From NCBI GenBank assembly GCA_964016885.1, contig OZ024748.1, positions 38,378,001 to 38,442,000 of the forward strand: a DNA stretch of 64,000 nucleotides, read 5' to 3'. The notes beneath the pieces were generated by a model that was not told where the DNA came from, searched no databases, and saw nothing but the letters and a program-made list of their open reading frames with translations. Origin of the DNA: Eledone cirrhosa. Its lineage: Eukaryota. The translations under genes were made by a program, and so were the position numbers. Each line of letters opens with the position of its first letter. Position 1 is the first letter of the stretch. Shown here piece by piece: positions 43,551 through 57,063 of the stretch.

Positions 43551-43892
43551 TGTAGCGGTTGTCTCCCTTGTTTGGATTAACATCTAGACGGGAAGTAGAA
43601 CCCTTTCTGTAACTTCCGGTCAGAACCCTATAAAACTAACAACTTTAAGTTCTCACTCTCTCATTTAGCTCTGCCTCTCATTTGGCCTTCCGGCGCCTGG
43701 CTGGCCTTAGCCAGGCGTCCTCTGCCAGCCGCGTTTGCCTGGCAATCAAAACGGTAACGACTAACTTTGTTTCATTCTATCATCTATTTCTTTGACATGT
43801 CAACTATACTATCTACCATTGTTAATTAAATATTATACACACAAACAATGTATTCCTTGTTACATTCATACTACCTAGTACAGCTCGCTATA
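43551..43892 (+). mobile_element. Solo LTR (Gypsy-like)
   Basis: TGTAGCG...CGCTATA termini, 4-bp TSD ATAC on both sides, TATAAAA at ~43628 and ATTAAA at ~43825. Confidence 0.75.
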
Positions 43893-44604
43893 ATACATTT
43901 AAAAAAGACGATATTATATATAAACTGCATTAGGAGAAAATTAGCGACGGAAATATATGCGATATTTTTATAAGTGTTATAATATAACTGTTTCTACTTT
44001 TTGGCACAAGGCCAGCAATTTATTTTATCGACCCCGTAAGGATAAAAGGCAAAGTTAACGGCCGCTAACCGGAAGTGTTGACATTTGAAAATTTTAAAGA
44101 TCTTTAAATAAGCTATAAAATATATTTAATCAACAGCCACGAAATTTAGTACATAAATTATGTAATATTCATTCATTATTTATTCAAAGTAATCCAACTT
44201 ATTTTACAAACGGGGTAAAAAAAATATATTCTGGACGCAATCCCGCACTCCTTTCTTTATTATAGTTAAGATAGATATAATGATTAGGTTCCATGTTTTT
44301 AGGTATATCATTGATATTCAAACACACCACCACCACTACAACACCCACCACCACCACCACAACACCCACCACCACCGTCTACTACCACCGCCACCACTAC
44401 CAACCCAACATCTACCACCACCACCACTACCACCACCCACTACTAGAGATAACCTAACAGAGATGACAACACAGCAATGTTCAAGTGTTTGTTTTATTTA
44501 AAATCTCAAAAAGTTTAGCCTTTCTTTGATATTAAGTTATTCAAGTCTATCCTAAAACAAACATATTCTTATATAACCAGTAATAAAGATAAGATAATAT
44601 AATA

Positions 44605-44800
44605 ATAGTTCTGAAGAGGGGAAGGTCGGTTATATCTACCCCAGTACATTACTGCTACTTTATTTTATCGACGACACCGTAAGGATGAAAGTAAAGCCAG
44701 CCTCGGCAGGATTTGAACTCAGAATGTAAATGGCCGTAAATCTATGCCGCAACGCCCGTTGTCTGACGCTCTACCGATTAATACCAATCTACTGCCCTAC
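44605..44800 (-). mobile_element. SINE (also a fragment at 43988-44060)
   Basis: Shared core and B-box. Confidence 0.75.
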
Positions 44801-44879
44801 TCTGTCGTAATAACGTTTCTTTATTTGCCAGAGGCACGATAGATGAAGGGCCATAAAAAGGGAAAACTACAGAAAGAGT

Positions 44880-45130
44880 TGGTTTTGCCCATAAAATCAG
44901 CCCAGCGATTATTTTCCTTGGATATTCTAACGACATATCCATAAGACCAGTGGTGTTATCTCGCGATACGGGGGAGTAGCAGCTCTACCCGGAACCGACT
45001 CCCTAATCTCCGAAGTATGCACCCTATCGAGTAACTTTACCCCAGAGTTTCTTCGGAAGAACCTCATTTCAGCTACTTTTATTTCCGGTCGTATTCTGTC
45101 GATCACTACACAAGATCTATGTCTTTAGGT
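44880..45130 (-). mobile_element. Decayed RTE-type LINE fragment
   Basis: Minus translation KVAEMRFFRRNSGVKLLDRVHTSEIRES...YGYVVRI. Confidence 0.6.
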
Positions 45131-45742
45131 AAAGATATATAGAATCGATTATAAAGTATCCACATAAACTGACACAATGCCTTCAAACGAACACACACCT
45201 ACACATATATGCACTCACACACACACACACACAGAGTTACATACACACATCAATTTCTGTTAACAGGGAACAGCTTTTCTTCTAAGCCTGTTTATCAAAG
45301 ATACGAACATTTTTAATCGATTTGAATTTATATGACCAAAGAGTCGTTATATTTACCCACTAATCCTCCGTCATGCCAAGAAAAGCAGGGTTTCTTAATC
45401 CATTAGTTTACCAACGTATAGAGACTTTCTCAGCCTCCTCCTCAGTATATATTCATTGTGGCAACAGCGTACTGCTTCCTGCACATCACGTAGCAAGTCG
45501 CAAGAGACCATCGGCACATAGTTAAGGATTTCAATTGTGTGTGTGTATATATATATATATATAATAAACAAGACGATTTCATTTGTACATCCCTATTTAT
45601 TTTGTTATACGTATTTCAAAGACATAAGGCAGTTGTATAACAGCTGCTCTACGTGTTCTCTTCAGACAAAAATCCGAACGAGATGTAAACATCCATTGAT
45701 ATGTTACCGGTCATACGTGTTAGTCACTTCGCCAGCCAGTAA

Positions 45743-45812
<70 letters not shown>

Positions 45813-45944
45813 CGAACGAAATGTGATAAGGAACCAGGTGGATCATAACGCACCAAAGTACTCAATACTTAGGGTTTGTAGAGGGGTAATAGGTCCTACT
45901 CGTTCCTATATATATATATATATATATGTGTGTGTATGTGTGTG

Positions 45945-46018
<74 letters not shown>

Positions 46019-46079
46019 GTTGAAAATTATATATATATATATAGTTGAAAATTGCAAACTCGACTGTCACCACATATCA

Positions 46080-46118
46080 TGAACCTGAAGATTGCGAAAG
46101 CATGAAAGTACTTGTTCA
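46080..46118 (+). ncRNA. Minimal type I hammerhead ribozyme
   Basis: TGAAC-CTGAAGA-TTGCGAAAGCAT-GAAA-GTAC-TT-GTTCA; 5-bp stem I, GAAA-capped stem II, palindromic AAGTACTT. Confidence 0.8.
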
Positions 46119-46326
46119 ATTAACACTTAGAATTTAATATTCTATCATACTATTTCATTATAATACCATTATATATATTTTAAAGGATTGTAAATAAAAC
46201 GAGTAAATCAGACAAAGTTGGAATTCCTCTTATTAATATAATCTTCTATACACAATCATACACACCCGTGTATATTTACCTATCTATATCTATATATATA
46301 TATATATATATATATACACGCACACA

Positions 46327-46798
46327 CAGGGTGATAAAATCTTTCTCTGGTTATAAAATACCATATCTCGGATACTATTTCAGATTTTAATTATTCATTG
46401 TTTTAATTTATAAATTTCAAGTTTTAAGATGTTCTGAACATGTTTTATATTTTCTCTTCTACAGGAAGTAGTTGTAATTTTCTCTTCTACAGGAAGTAGT
46501 TGTAACTTTCTCTTCTACAGGAAGTAATTGTAACTTTCTCTTCTACAGGAAGTAGTTGTAACTTCCTCTTCTACAGGAAGTAGTTGTAATTTTCTCTTCT
46601 ACAGGAAGTAGTAACTTTCTATTCTACAGGAAGTAGTTGTAATTTTCTCTTCTACAGGAAGTAGTAACTTTCTCTTCTACAGGAAGTAGTAACTTTCTAT
46701 TCTACAGGAAATAGTTGCAACGTTCAGTAACAAAATGACATCTATGAAACAAAAAGCTCAGAGTATTTTATGGTTTCAAAGACTTTACACTCACCCTG
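46327..46798 (+). mobile_element. Tc1/mariner-derived element containing a 24-27-bp minisatellite (46450-46720)
   Basis: CAGGGTGA...TCACCCTG-TA termini; MTSMKQKAQSILWF resembles a transposase N-terminus; unit TTTCTCTTCTACAGGAAGTAGTTGTAA. Confidence 0.5.
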
Positions 46799-46829
46799 TA
46801 AATAGTAGACATGAGTTCGATTCCAGGCA

Positions 46830-47310
46830 ATGGTGGTAATAGTGGTGGTGGTGGTGGTGGTAATAGTAGTGGTGGTGGTGGTAGTAGTGGTGGTGGTGGT
46901 GGTGGTGGTGGTGATAGTAGTGGTGGTGATGGTGGTGATTGTGGTAGTGGTGGTGGTGGTGATGATGGTGGTGGTGGTGGTGGCGGTGGTGGTGATGGTT
47001 GTGGTGGTGGTGATGGTGGTGATTGTGGTGGTGGTGGTGGTGATGATGGTGATGGTGGTGGTGGTGATGGTGGTGGTGGTGGTGGTGATGGTGGTGATGG
47101 TGATGGTGGTGGTGGTGGAGGTGGTGGTGGTACAAGTCATTCACTTAAGTGGTAGTCATAATGTCCCAACAGTAGTGTCAATAGTGGTGGCAGTGGTGTG
47201 AGGATGGTTGATGATGGTGGGGGTGGTTGGTGGTGGCGGGGTGTTAGGTGGTGGCGGGGTGTTAGGTGGTGGTGGTGGTTATGGTGGTGGTGGTGGGGAT
47301 GGTGGTGGTA
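46830..47310. repeat. (GGT)n-based trinucleotide repeat
   Basis: Direct inspection. Confidence 0.95.
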
Positions 47311-47554
47311 AGAGTGGCCATCGATACCAGCAGGTGTAACACATGGTTTGTCAGAAGTGGTTAGGACATTGGTAGCTGCAGAGGTATTTAAAGTTATGTT
47401 TGGAGTGGTGGTGGTGGTGGAGGTGTGGTTGGTACAGGTACCAGACAATACATATATGTGTGTGTGGAAGGTGGGAGTACAGCATATGTAAAGTTACTGA
47501 CATGCACGTAGGCCTTGAATCGTCTCCTTACCGACCAAGACAGTGAAATGTAAG

Positions 47555-47593
<39 letters not shown>

Positions 47594-47635
47594 ATATATA
47601 TATATATACATACATATATATATATATATACACAC

Positions 47636-47667
<32 letters not shown>

Positions 47668-47814
47668 AAATATGTGTGTATATATATATGTACATGTTTG
47701 TGTGTGTATGTGTATGCATATATATAAACACAAAGGGCAAATATTTATGAGTTTCAAAAGATCTTATATAAGGAAAATTGTTTGCTTAAAATTTAATGTG
47801 TGCTAATAAAATAT

Positions 47815-48765
47815 ATCTGACTCCAAAAGACCTAAATATTTATATCCTTTGTTGGTGTCAATCTCCTTTATAATCTCACTTGTTGGTATCTCGATTCCTT
47901 TGTTTCTCTTCAACTAACCCCTACTTATCACTAAGACTCCACACTTATTAATATCAAATTCCATACAAATGTCATTGCTGAAAATACAAACAGTGTCAAC
48001 AAATATATCTAACTCTTTATTATTCTCAAAGAGTTTTAGGTCATCCCTGAAGAGGAGGTGGTTGATGATAAGCTCTCCTCTTCCAAGTTCGTATCCTGGC
48101 TTCATTCTTCGGAATACAAAGGACAAGGTTATGAGAATAAGGACAAACAATAAGGGTGGCAGACTATCTCCTTGGAAGATACCTCTCTTGATTGTTCACT
48201 CCAACCAAGATTCTCCCCTCCTCACCAATGTTGACTCTGTCTCCAAGTTCTTCATGCTATTACTTAATAGCAGTCTGATGTTGTCTGCCACTTTAAAGAT
48301 TTCTAGGCACTTGGTTATCCAAGAATGAGGAAGCATACCAAATGCCTTCTTGTAATCCCATGGCAAGACCAGTATGCCTCCTCTTACAATTCCTCAGTAT
48401 CATCTTGTCAATAACTAACTGGTCATTTATACCACGAGACTTCTTTTGGCATCCTCTCTCTTCCTCCAGCAATAGGTAGTTTATGTGATAGATTTCCTCA
48501 GACAAAAAGCTTGTTAGTAATTTCCACATCAATGACAGACAAGTGATAGGCCTATAGTTGATAAAACCATTTCCCTTAGCTTGGTCTTTCATTATTAGAA
48601 CTGAGTTAACTTTACCTTTCATCCTTACGGGGTCAATAAAATAAAGTACCAGTAATACACTGGGTAATTGCTGGCCTTGTGCCAAAAGTAGAAACAATTA
48701 TTATAACTGCGGTACCTTTTATCAACCACTGCAGTACTTCATCCAACATCAGTCATTGAACATTG
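47815..48765 (-). mobile_element. Decayed R4/Dong RT fragment interrupted by a SINE (48603-48705)
   Basis: NYRPITCLSLMWKLLTS, KKSRGINDQLVIDKM, INHLLFRDDLKLF homologous to the 16404 ORF; frameshifted. Confidence 0.9.
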
Positions 48766-48999
48766 GGTGAAGAGACATTATATTCTTGCACACCATCTTT
48801 TTCCATTTCTTACAGGGGTCTAAACCCCACTATCAGGCTAAAACTTCTTTCGACAAAAATATGGCAAAAGCTTCTCTTTCTAATTTCAAACTCACTCGCT
48901 GTTTCAAAAACATACTTGTCATATATGTCCCACCCTTGCAAGCAGGGAAAAGCGGACGTAAAATGATGATGATGATGATGATGATGATGTATATATATA

Positions 49000-49199
49000 T
49001 AGACCTATCAACTCCCCCCCCCCCCGTCTCGACTGGGAGATCTCCCACCCACTTTGGGGTGGCTGAGAAGAGATGTCTCCTCTTTTGAAAATGGGTATAG
49101 CTTTCATTATGTAAAAGCTCTCCATTTTGCCTCATTTCTCCCCGTTTTGAGGCACTTTTTTTCATGTTACTCACCGTTTAGTTTTTAGAGGTTGGCAGG

Positions 49200-49203
<4 letters not shown>
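49000..49203. mobile_element. hAT-like MITE
   Basis: TAGACCTATCAACTCC ... GAGGTTGGCAGGTCTG terminal inverted repeats. Confidence 0.5.
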
Positions 49204-49236
<33 letters not shown>

Positions 49237-49237
<1 letters not shown>

Positions 49238-51358
49238 CTTCACTCTTTAAATACGGCACTGTTAATGACAACCCTAACATCTACGTATCTTTACGATTGT
49301 TCTGTGGAATAGGAGGTTAATTATATGTCTAAACTTTGCTAGTGCTCCGATGATTCCAAACGAAAGTTTGGAAGAAACGATTGACAGCAATAAAATGTTT
49401 TGAACATAGTTTTGATTATTCTGTAATTTATATTCCACCTCTGTAAAACATTTGATGTATTTACATTGAGCTATTTTTCTTACTGGTAGTAAGGTGGTAA
49501 TTAATTACTGACCTTTCCTCTTTATAATTATATATAGTGTATATATAAGTATAAATAATATTATTATTATTATTAACTGCTCTATACTGTTGAGCTAACA
49601 TACATAAAATTACCAGTATGCTGATCAAAGATTATCTTCCTATGTCTACTAAGAACATCCCAATACCATCTAGGGAAACGTACGGAAAAATTATTGATTA
49701 ATAGTGTCAACTAATTTATCAATAGAGTGAGATGGAGGACATTCCATTACAATAGGAACCGAACAGACAAAAACAGAGATACAAACAATTTCAACTCTTA
49801 CGGCTTTAAAACTTTTAAAAGCCCACCTCACAATACTTTATTAAACTCTTTCGAAAATGATTTAATAAAACTAGTTAAGAACATAAGGTACAGAAAACAT
49901 CCTAATAGAAACAACACCTTCTTAAACAACCTTAACTCCACTATTAAAAGATTTAATAAAAATAAGAAAATTCTAGTAAATGCTGATAAAACTAATAATA
50001 TATATAGAAAATTTATATAGAAAATTTATATATAAAGAACTACATAGGAGCTATAAGAAAACCACTATTAGAAACCTAGAAGATATAAATATAGAAGGCC
50101 ATAGTATAGTATGTAAATTAGGACTTCAGAGATATACACAACCTTACACCCCTAACCCCCAAGATTCTCTCTGAAGGACCATAAGGAAGACTTTAATAGT
50201 AACCCATCTATAAGACTAATTAACCCTTCCAAATCTGACATTGGAATTATCAGCAAGAGAATATTAGATAAAATCATCCTACAATTTAAGTAGAAAATAT
50301 ATCTTAACAAATGGGGAAATACAAGTGAAGTTATTGAATGGTTCAATGATATTAATGAGAATAAAAAAAAAAAATGTATACAATTTGATATAAATTGGTA
50401 CTACACCTCTACTTCTCCAATCCTATTAAACAAGGCATTAATTATGGCTATGAACAATAGTGACCTTACTAGATCCCAAATTGATGTCATCCTTGTGGCC
50501 CATAAAACTATAATTGTATTTGAAGATCAGTTATGGACCCGCAAGGATACACCTAACAACATTGACATAACTATGGGATCTAGTGACTTGGTGTAGGTCA
50601 CCGATTTTGTGAGTCTATATCTCTTAAATGAAATTCATAAGAATCTGCTCTACCTCAATGGTGGTTTATACTGCAATGATGCACTACTACTTATTGACTT
50701 TAAAAAATTTAATATAGAAAGAACTAGGAAACATTGCATAAAATATTTAAAAACTTCAACTTAAGTATTACCTTAGATAAAAACCTTGATGCTACCTTTG
50801 CCTGGACTCTAAAATATATACACCCTTTCATAAAACAAACGAAAAACTACTTTATGTAGATACCAACTCTAACCAGCCTAAATCTATATTAAACTCTATT
50901 ACTAAAGGAATATCAAATAGAATTTCTAGTCTATCATATAATGAAACTATATTTAACAGTAATTCCCAATACTATAATGAGGCCTTAGCTCAATCAGGCC
51001 ATAAAAATAAAATTAGATTTTTACCTATAAAATCACCTAGTTACAACATTATTTCTCACAATATGGCCTTGAATAAAAGTAGTAAAAGTACTAGCCACTC
51101 TAACTCTAGTACGAAGGGTAATATCAAACTTAACTCGCACCAAAATAAACACCCCAATAATAATAATATAAACAATACCTCAAATAACATTACAAAAAAC
51201 AAAAATAGAAGAAGAACGAATACATTTTTCAATCCTCTTTCAATCTAAATGTTTCTATCAACTTGCCTAAGGCTTTCTTCTCAATCTTAGAAAAAAACTT
51301 CCCAGTTGGCCACAAATACCATAATCTTATCAATAAAAATACCATTAAAATCTCTTAC
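49237..51358 (+). mobile_element. Decayed Naiad-clade Penelope-like element (5' pLTR plus RT, truncated before GIY-YIG)
   Basis: From ATG 49618: [96 protein letters not shown]; stops and frameshifts; degenerate hammerhead at 49343-49389. Confidence 0.85.
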
Positions 51359-51854
51359 TGGTTCTGGGAAAGATGAACCAAGATTTTCCTGGGAGGGTGG
51401 TATCTGGTCAGTTTGTTGCAGTTGGTGAAGGTCCAGTTTGTGCTTGATAAATAAAATTAAAAATTCCCCACAAATATGAACATAGATATTTTGTTCTTTA
51501 ATGTGTAAATTCTGTTTAGGTAACAAGAGTTAAACTAAAAACACTACAAAATATCAAAGGTTAATAAAAAATAAATTCACTCAGAACAGATTAAAATAAA
51601 TTCTTTATTTCTTCAAAAATAATTTCCTGTTCCTTTTAATATATCAAGTAAAACAACAATTCCTCTGTGGTGTATCTATGTGTGATTATGTGTATGTGTG
51701 AGTATGTGTATGTATATGTGTATATAAATGTATGAGTATGTGTATGTATACATATATGACAAACTCCCTAGAGTTTGGTGACCTACACAATAAACACACC
51801 TATATATATATGTATGTATATATATATATATATATATACATACAATATATCATT

Positions 51855-52180
51855 CATTTCATTTCATTTCATTTCATTTTACGTCCACTTTTCCCAGCTT
51901 GCAAGGGTGGGACGGGAACTGATTCTGGCTTGATTTCTAACACCAACTTCATTTACAGTGAGTGCTGGGTGCTTTTTTGCCGTGGCACCTCCACGACCAC
52001 TTTACAGTGGAATGATAGGGACCCCACTCCCTATCATCTCATTTCTACAGCTGAGTAAACTGGAGCAATGTGAAATAAAGTGTCTTGCTCAAGGAAACAA
52101 CACATCACCCGGTCTGAGAATTGAACTGACAACCTTTCGATTGCAAGGCCAATGATCTAACCACTAAGCCATGTGCCTCT
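51855..52180 (-). mobile_element. RTE-like 3' tail plus SINE fragment
   Basis: TTTACGTCCACTTTTCCCAGCTTGCAAGGGTGGGACGG resembles the 57085 tail (also 33265 and 48930); GAGCAATGTGAAATAAAGTGTCTTGCTCAAGG is the second SINE family. Confidence 0.6.
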
Positions 52181-53266
52181 ACATATATATATATATATGT
52201 ACTATATTATATTGTATTATATATCATATTTACTTATGTAGGTACGATGTCACCAAGGTCAATTCCTTATTTATAGTTTACCATAACTCAGTAACTTATT
52301 GTTTAATCTTTTATGTGAATAAAACAGAAAAACATTGCCATGTCATGATCTGATGATGTAAGCTTGTTGGCCATAGAAATACGTTTTGTGAATTTGCAAC
52401 ATGAAAAGAATATACATATATATACATATACTTATACATATACATGGTGGCTGTCAACTCGTTTTCGAGTATGGCCACTACTTTATATCCATATAGGAGA
52501 ACCCCTACCGATGCGCTGAAGGAGTGTGACTTTTTAGTCCAGCCAGCGACTTGAAAACTCTGGTACAAACACTACACTTGCGACAATTATTGACACATAG
52601 TGCTGGGCCCATGGTACCATGTGACAACAAGTGCAGAGAGATCTCCAGATATAAAGCAATGCCTGTGCCGTGAAAGTTTTATAGTGAGCAAAGGCACTGC
52701 ACAAAGCCAGTCCCAGTCTCTTAACCAAGATGATATTTACCAAAAAGAAGAACAAGTCAACATGATTGGATACCATCAGGGTTGCAGGTGTTATATCAGA
52801 GTTTTCCTTTTCCTAGAATTCTGCATTGACAAAGGCTAAGGGGTCATCTCTCCTGGTGATTTTGGATGGCCATTGACTCTTAAGAGCTCCTTTGCCCTTT
52901 GACAGGTTTTGTTTTTTGTCCTGCAGGATGTCCAAAGTCACCCTCCTCACCAAGAAACCTTGGTAGGGTTTCCAGTTTAGTCGCCAACGACCCGACCATA
53001 GGACAGGTTGTACTGGGATACATGTTACCAGTAGCTCCAACTGGTGACCTGACATACATACATATACATACATATACATATATATATATATAAATATACA
53101 TATATATATACATATACATATATATATATATATAAATATACATATATATAAATATACATATATATACACATATATATATATATATATACACACACATATA
53201 TACATATACATATACATATGTATATATATACATATATATACATGTACATATATATATTTATATATA

Positions 53267-53615
53267 CAGTGTATCCCCAGCATTCGTGGTCCTGACGTTC
53301 GCAGAATTTTCCTTAAAACCTAAGTAACGTGGAAAGCACTGCATGTTCACACAATCATAAATATCTTCCTCGATTATTTTAATGGCTTTTATCGTGGCAA
53401 TATATACTTTCAATTCTAAACTATTAATAACATTATACCATATTTGAAAGCCTATTGGACGTCCTTTCGCATAAGACATGCCCTCTTTTTTTTATTATAT
53501 TTTACGTTACATTTTGACATTTATAGGCATTTTTATAGACCACGTCCAATATTTGTGGTTTTTCACTCTTTGCGGATTCTCTACAAACATAACCCCCGCA
53601 AATACCGAGGGACTA

Positions 53616-53618
<3 letters not shown>
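53267..53618. mobile_element. Tigger/pogo-like MITE
   Basis: TA-CAGTGTATCCCCAGCATTCGTGG ... CCGCAAATACCGAGGGACTACTG-TA. Confidence 0.55.
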
Positions 53619-53685
<67 letters not shown>

Positions 53686-53696
53686 GTATATATATG

Positions 53697-55808
53697 CAAA
53701 AGTTTTATTTAAAATTGTTGGGTTACAACAAGTAAATATTTTATAACTGATATAAAGCACTCAACAAGTTTTGGAGTAGATATACGATATTAAACAAATG
53801 GAAACTATATTTATAAAACCATATTTATTTCATTATACATATTTCGGGGATACCATATTAAAAATATGGCATGCCTTCTTCAGATAAAATACAATATATA
53901 AACAGTTTTATAAATAATTTTGACGTACCATAAATATTGATCAACTTTTATGTAAGAAGTTGGTTTGGTAGTGAAATGTTTATAAATATTTAGTGTTAAG
54001 CGCAGTTAAAAAGAAAGACGGAGAAAAAGAAGAAATGTATGTAAAGAAAAACAGAGAGATAGGGGAGAGAGAAATAGTGAAGAGGTGAAAAAAGAGAGCC
54101 AGCTGAGGCAACAGATGAATAATAATAATTCATCATACAAATTGAGAGATTTAGGAGGGAGGGAGTACTGTACTTATTTAGTTATAGTGTTAAGGAGACG
54201 GAGAGAAATAAAAAATGAAGAGAAAACAGAGAGAGAGAGAAAGATAGAGGTGGGGGGAAAAAAAGAGGTAGACCAAATAATAATAATTATTATATATGGG
54301 GAGGTGAGAGAGATAGGAGAGAAGTAAGAGAGAAAACAAGAGAGAAACTCGAGAGGCAAAGTTAAAATAACCGATACTTAGACTTCATCAAATATAAAGA
54401 GGGAGAAGAAAGAGCTATATCTAGAGAGAGGGATGATAGATTTACATCTTTACGTTATGTCCTATCAATTTGAATTATCAATTCATATGAATTGGGTATT
54501 ATAATGTAAATATCAATATTCATGAATGAGACATAGATATATAATGTGTGAAAAATAATGACCATATGTTTAGTTTAAAATTCTGAGGTCGATGTACCAA
54601 AAACTGAGATAAAACTTCAAAAAATACGGAATATAAGTATATATGTACTTTCCGGAAAAGGAAAGAAAGAGAAAAAGAGAAGGTCATCTCAAGTTCTAGT
54701 TGATACTATAGACATACCCATGATCTTACGTGATCAACTCTGTAATTTCTTGTTTCACAGAAAAAAAATTTTTTCCCTTGTGTTATAAAAGATTTTACTA
54801 TATATATATATATACATAAAATATATATATATACATAAAAAATATATTAATACTCCTGCCCTCACATACATGATTATCGTTCATGTATAGAATATTATGC
54901 ATATCTGTAACATATCCAGAGCTATACCCACACATACATATATATATATATATGTATGCACACATATATGTACATGGACAGATAAAATAAACAGATAAAA
55001 AGATAAAATAAAATATACTCTGTAATCATTCCATATTCATATTAATACATATGGCCTTTGTACAGACACCCAGATATTAATATATCAGCACAGAGATATC
55101 AAAACGTTAAAAATAATTCAAATTGATAGGACATAACGTAAAGATGTAAATCTATCATCCCTCTCTCTAGATATAGCTCTTTCTTCTCCTCCCTCTTTAT
55201 ATTTGATGAAGTCTAAGTATCGGTTATTTTAACTTTGCCTCTCGAGTTTCTCTCTTGTTTTCTCTCTTACTTCTCTCCTATCTCTCTCACCTCCCCATAT
55301 ATAATAATTATTATTATTTGGTCTACCTCTTTTTTCCCCCCACCTCTATCTTTCTCTCTCTCTCTGTTTTCTCTTCATTTTTTATTTCTCTCCGTCTCCT
55401 TAACACTATAACTAAATAAGTACAGTACTCCCTCCCTCCTAAATCTCTCAATTTGTATGATGAATTATTATTATTCATCTGTTGCCTCAGCTGCATCTCT
55501 TTTTTCACCTCCTCACTATTTCTCTCTCCCCTATCTCTCTGTTTTTCTTTACATACATTTCTTCTTTTTCTCCGTCTTTCTTTTTAACTGCGCTTAACAC
55601 TAAATATTTATAAACATTTCACTACCAAACCAACTTTTTACATAAAAGTTGATCAATATTTATGGTACGTCAAAATTATTTATAAAACTGTTTATATATT
55701 GTATTTTATCTGAAGAAGGCATGCCATATTTTTAATATGGTATCCCCGAAATATGTATAATGAAATAAATATGGTTTTATAAATATAGTTTCCATTTGTT
55801 TAATATCG

Positions 55809-55811
<3 letters not shown>
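53697..55811. mobile_element. PLE-derived fold-back with ~700-bp arms (53783-54478 vs 55113-55810)
   Basis: Near-identical reverse-complement arms (same peptide at 54085+ and 55323-), (TA)n at both ends, hammerhead in each arm. Confidence 0.85.
55702..55767 (+). ncRNA. Type I hammerhead ribozyme (antisense copy ~53824-53889)
   Basis: TATTTTAT-CTGAAGA-AGGCATGCCATAT..ATATGGTATCCCC-GAAA-TATGTA-TA-ATGAAATA. Confidence 0.7.
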
Positions 55812-55867
<56 letters not shown>

Positions 55868-56457
55868 AAATCAAAAGATGGTTAAAAGAGTTCCATGTAT
55901 TTTATTATACGCATTTCAAAAACAAATATCATCATGGGATGATATTTGCGTTCTAATCAGATAAAATAGGGAGACATGATATGAAGCTTAAAAAACACTT
56001 GCAAGCAGTGAAGTGTTAAATCAACACATGAAAAATAAAATAAGAGGGATATATGAGATTGGAAAAAAGGAAAGGAAGGGGAAAGAAAAGGTAAGGAAGA
56101 GGAAGAAAAAATATAGATAGAAGAAAAAAAAAATAATAATAAGGAAAGGATGATGGAGGAGGAGTATAAGAAGGAAGGATGAGGGAAGAGGAGAAATGAG
56201 TGAGAGAGAGAGAGATAACCTTTAATAGTGAGAAACACTGTCTCACAGGGAAAAATAAAAAAAAACATTGTAAGATAATACATAATTTTAAAAAAATTAA
56301 GAAATTAAAAGTTAATGAGGTTTATCCGATATTTGCATTGCTTTATTGTGCTACAATAAAACTCACCTCCTACATATATATACACAGTAGTCCAGGAAAA
56401 ACTTAAACCGTTAAGATCTTCTTCCTGGATATGTCACTATTTATAAAACAAACTTTG

Positions 56458-56518
56458 TATTTTATCTGATGAGAGCGTACCAAAGTTTTGGTACCCTTGA
56501 AATATATATAATAGAATA
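56458..56518 (+). ncRNA. Type I hammerhead ribozyme
   Basis: TATTTTAT-CTGATGA-GAGCGTACCAAAGTTTTGGTACCCTT-GAAA-TATATA-TA-ATAGAATA. Confidence 0.75.
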
Positions 56519-56827
56519 AATGTGGTTTTATAAATATAGTTTCCATTTATTTAATATCATTGAATATTATACTCCAGAAAACCTGTCGAGTGCTCTGAAT
56601 CAGTTATAAATATATATATTTGTTGAATTACCATCAATTAAATATCCATTTTGCTTATATATATATATATATATAGAGATTTTGAGTTTATGTTGGTTGT
56701 ATACCAACACCTCAGTATGCAGGCTGGAGCACTCGACTAAGTGCGCAGGTTGGTTTGGTTACTCCGGAGTAGTGTAAAATAAAGTTAAATAAAAAGTCAA
56801 ATGATTAAAATTTAGCTTTGTTTATTA

Positions 56828-56880
56828 CTGCTATATATATTTCAGTGACAGCCATCTTTGGCTGTGACCTCTTCAGGCAG
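56828..56880 (-). ncRNA. Type I hammerhead ribozyme inside a fold-back (56775-56860 vs 56967-57053)
   Basis: Minus strand CTGC-CTGAAGA-GGTCACAGCCAAAGATGGCTGTCACT-GAAA-TATATA-TA-GCAG. Confidence 0.8.
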
Positions 56881-57063
56881 TTTGAATTAGTATGGTATAG
56901 ACAAGTACATATGTTGTTGAGGTGTATAATATTGTCAATACTCTGATATGCCCAGTTCTGGGCATATCAAAGATGGCTGTCACTGAAATATATATAGCAG
57001 TAATAAATGAAGCTAAATTTTAATCCTTTGACTTTTTATTTAACTTTATTTTATATATATATA

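Noticed and set aside
46742-47448. Poly-His/Gly/Thr/Val ORFs, and mucin-like poly-Thr/Ser ORFs at 61675-62382
   Set aside because: Trinucleotide microsatellites open in most frames
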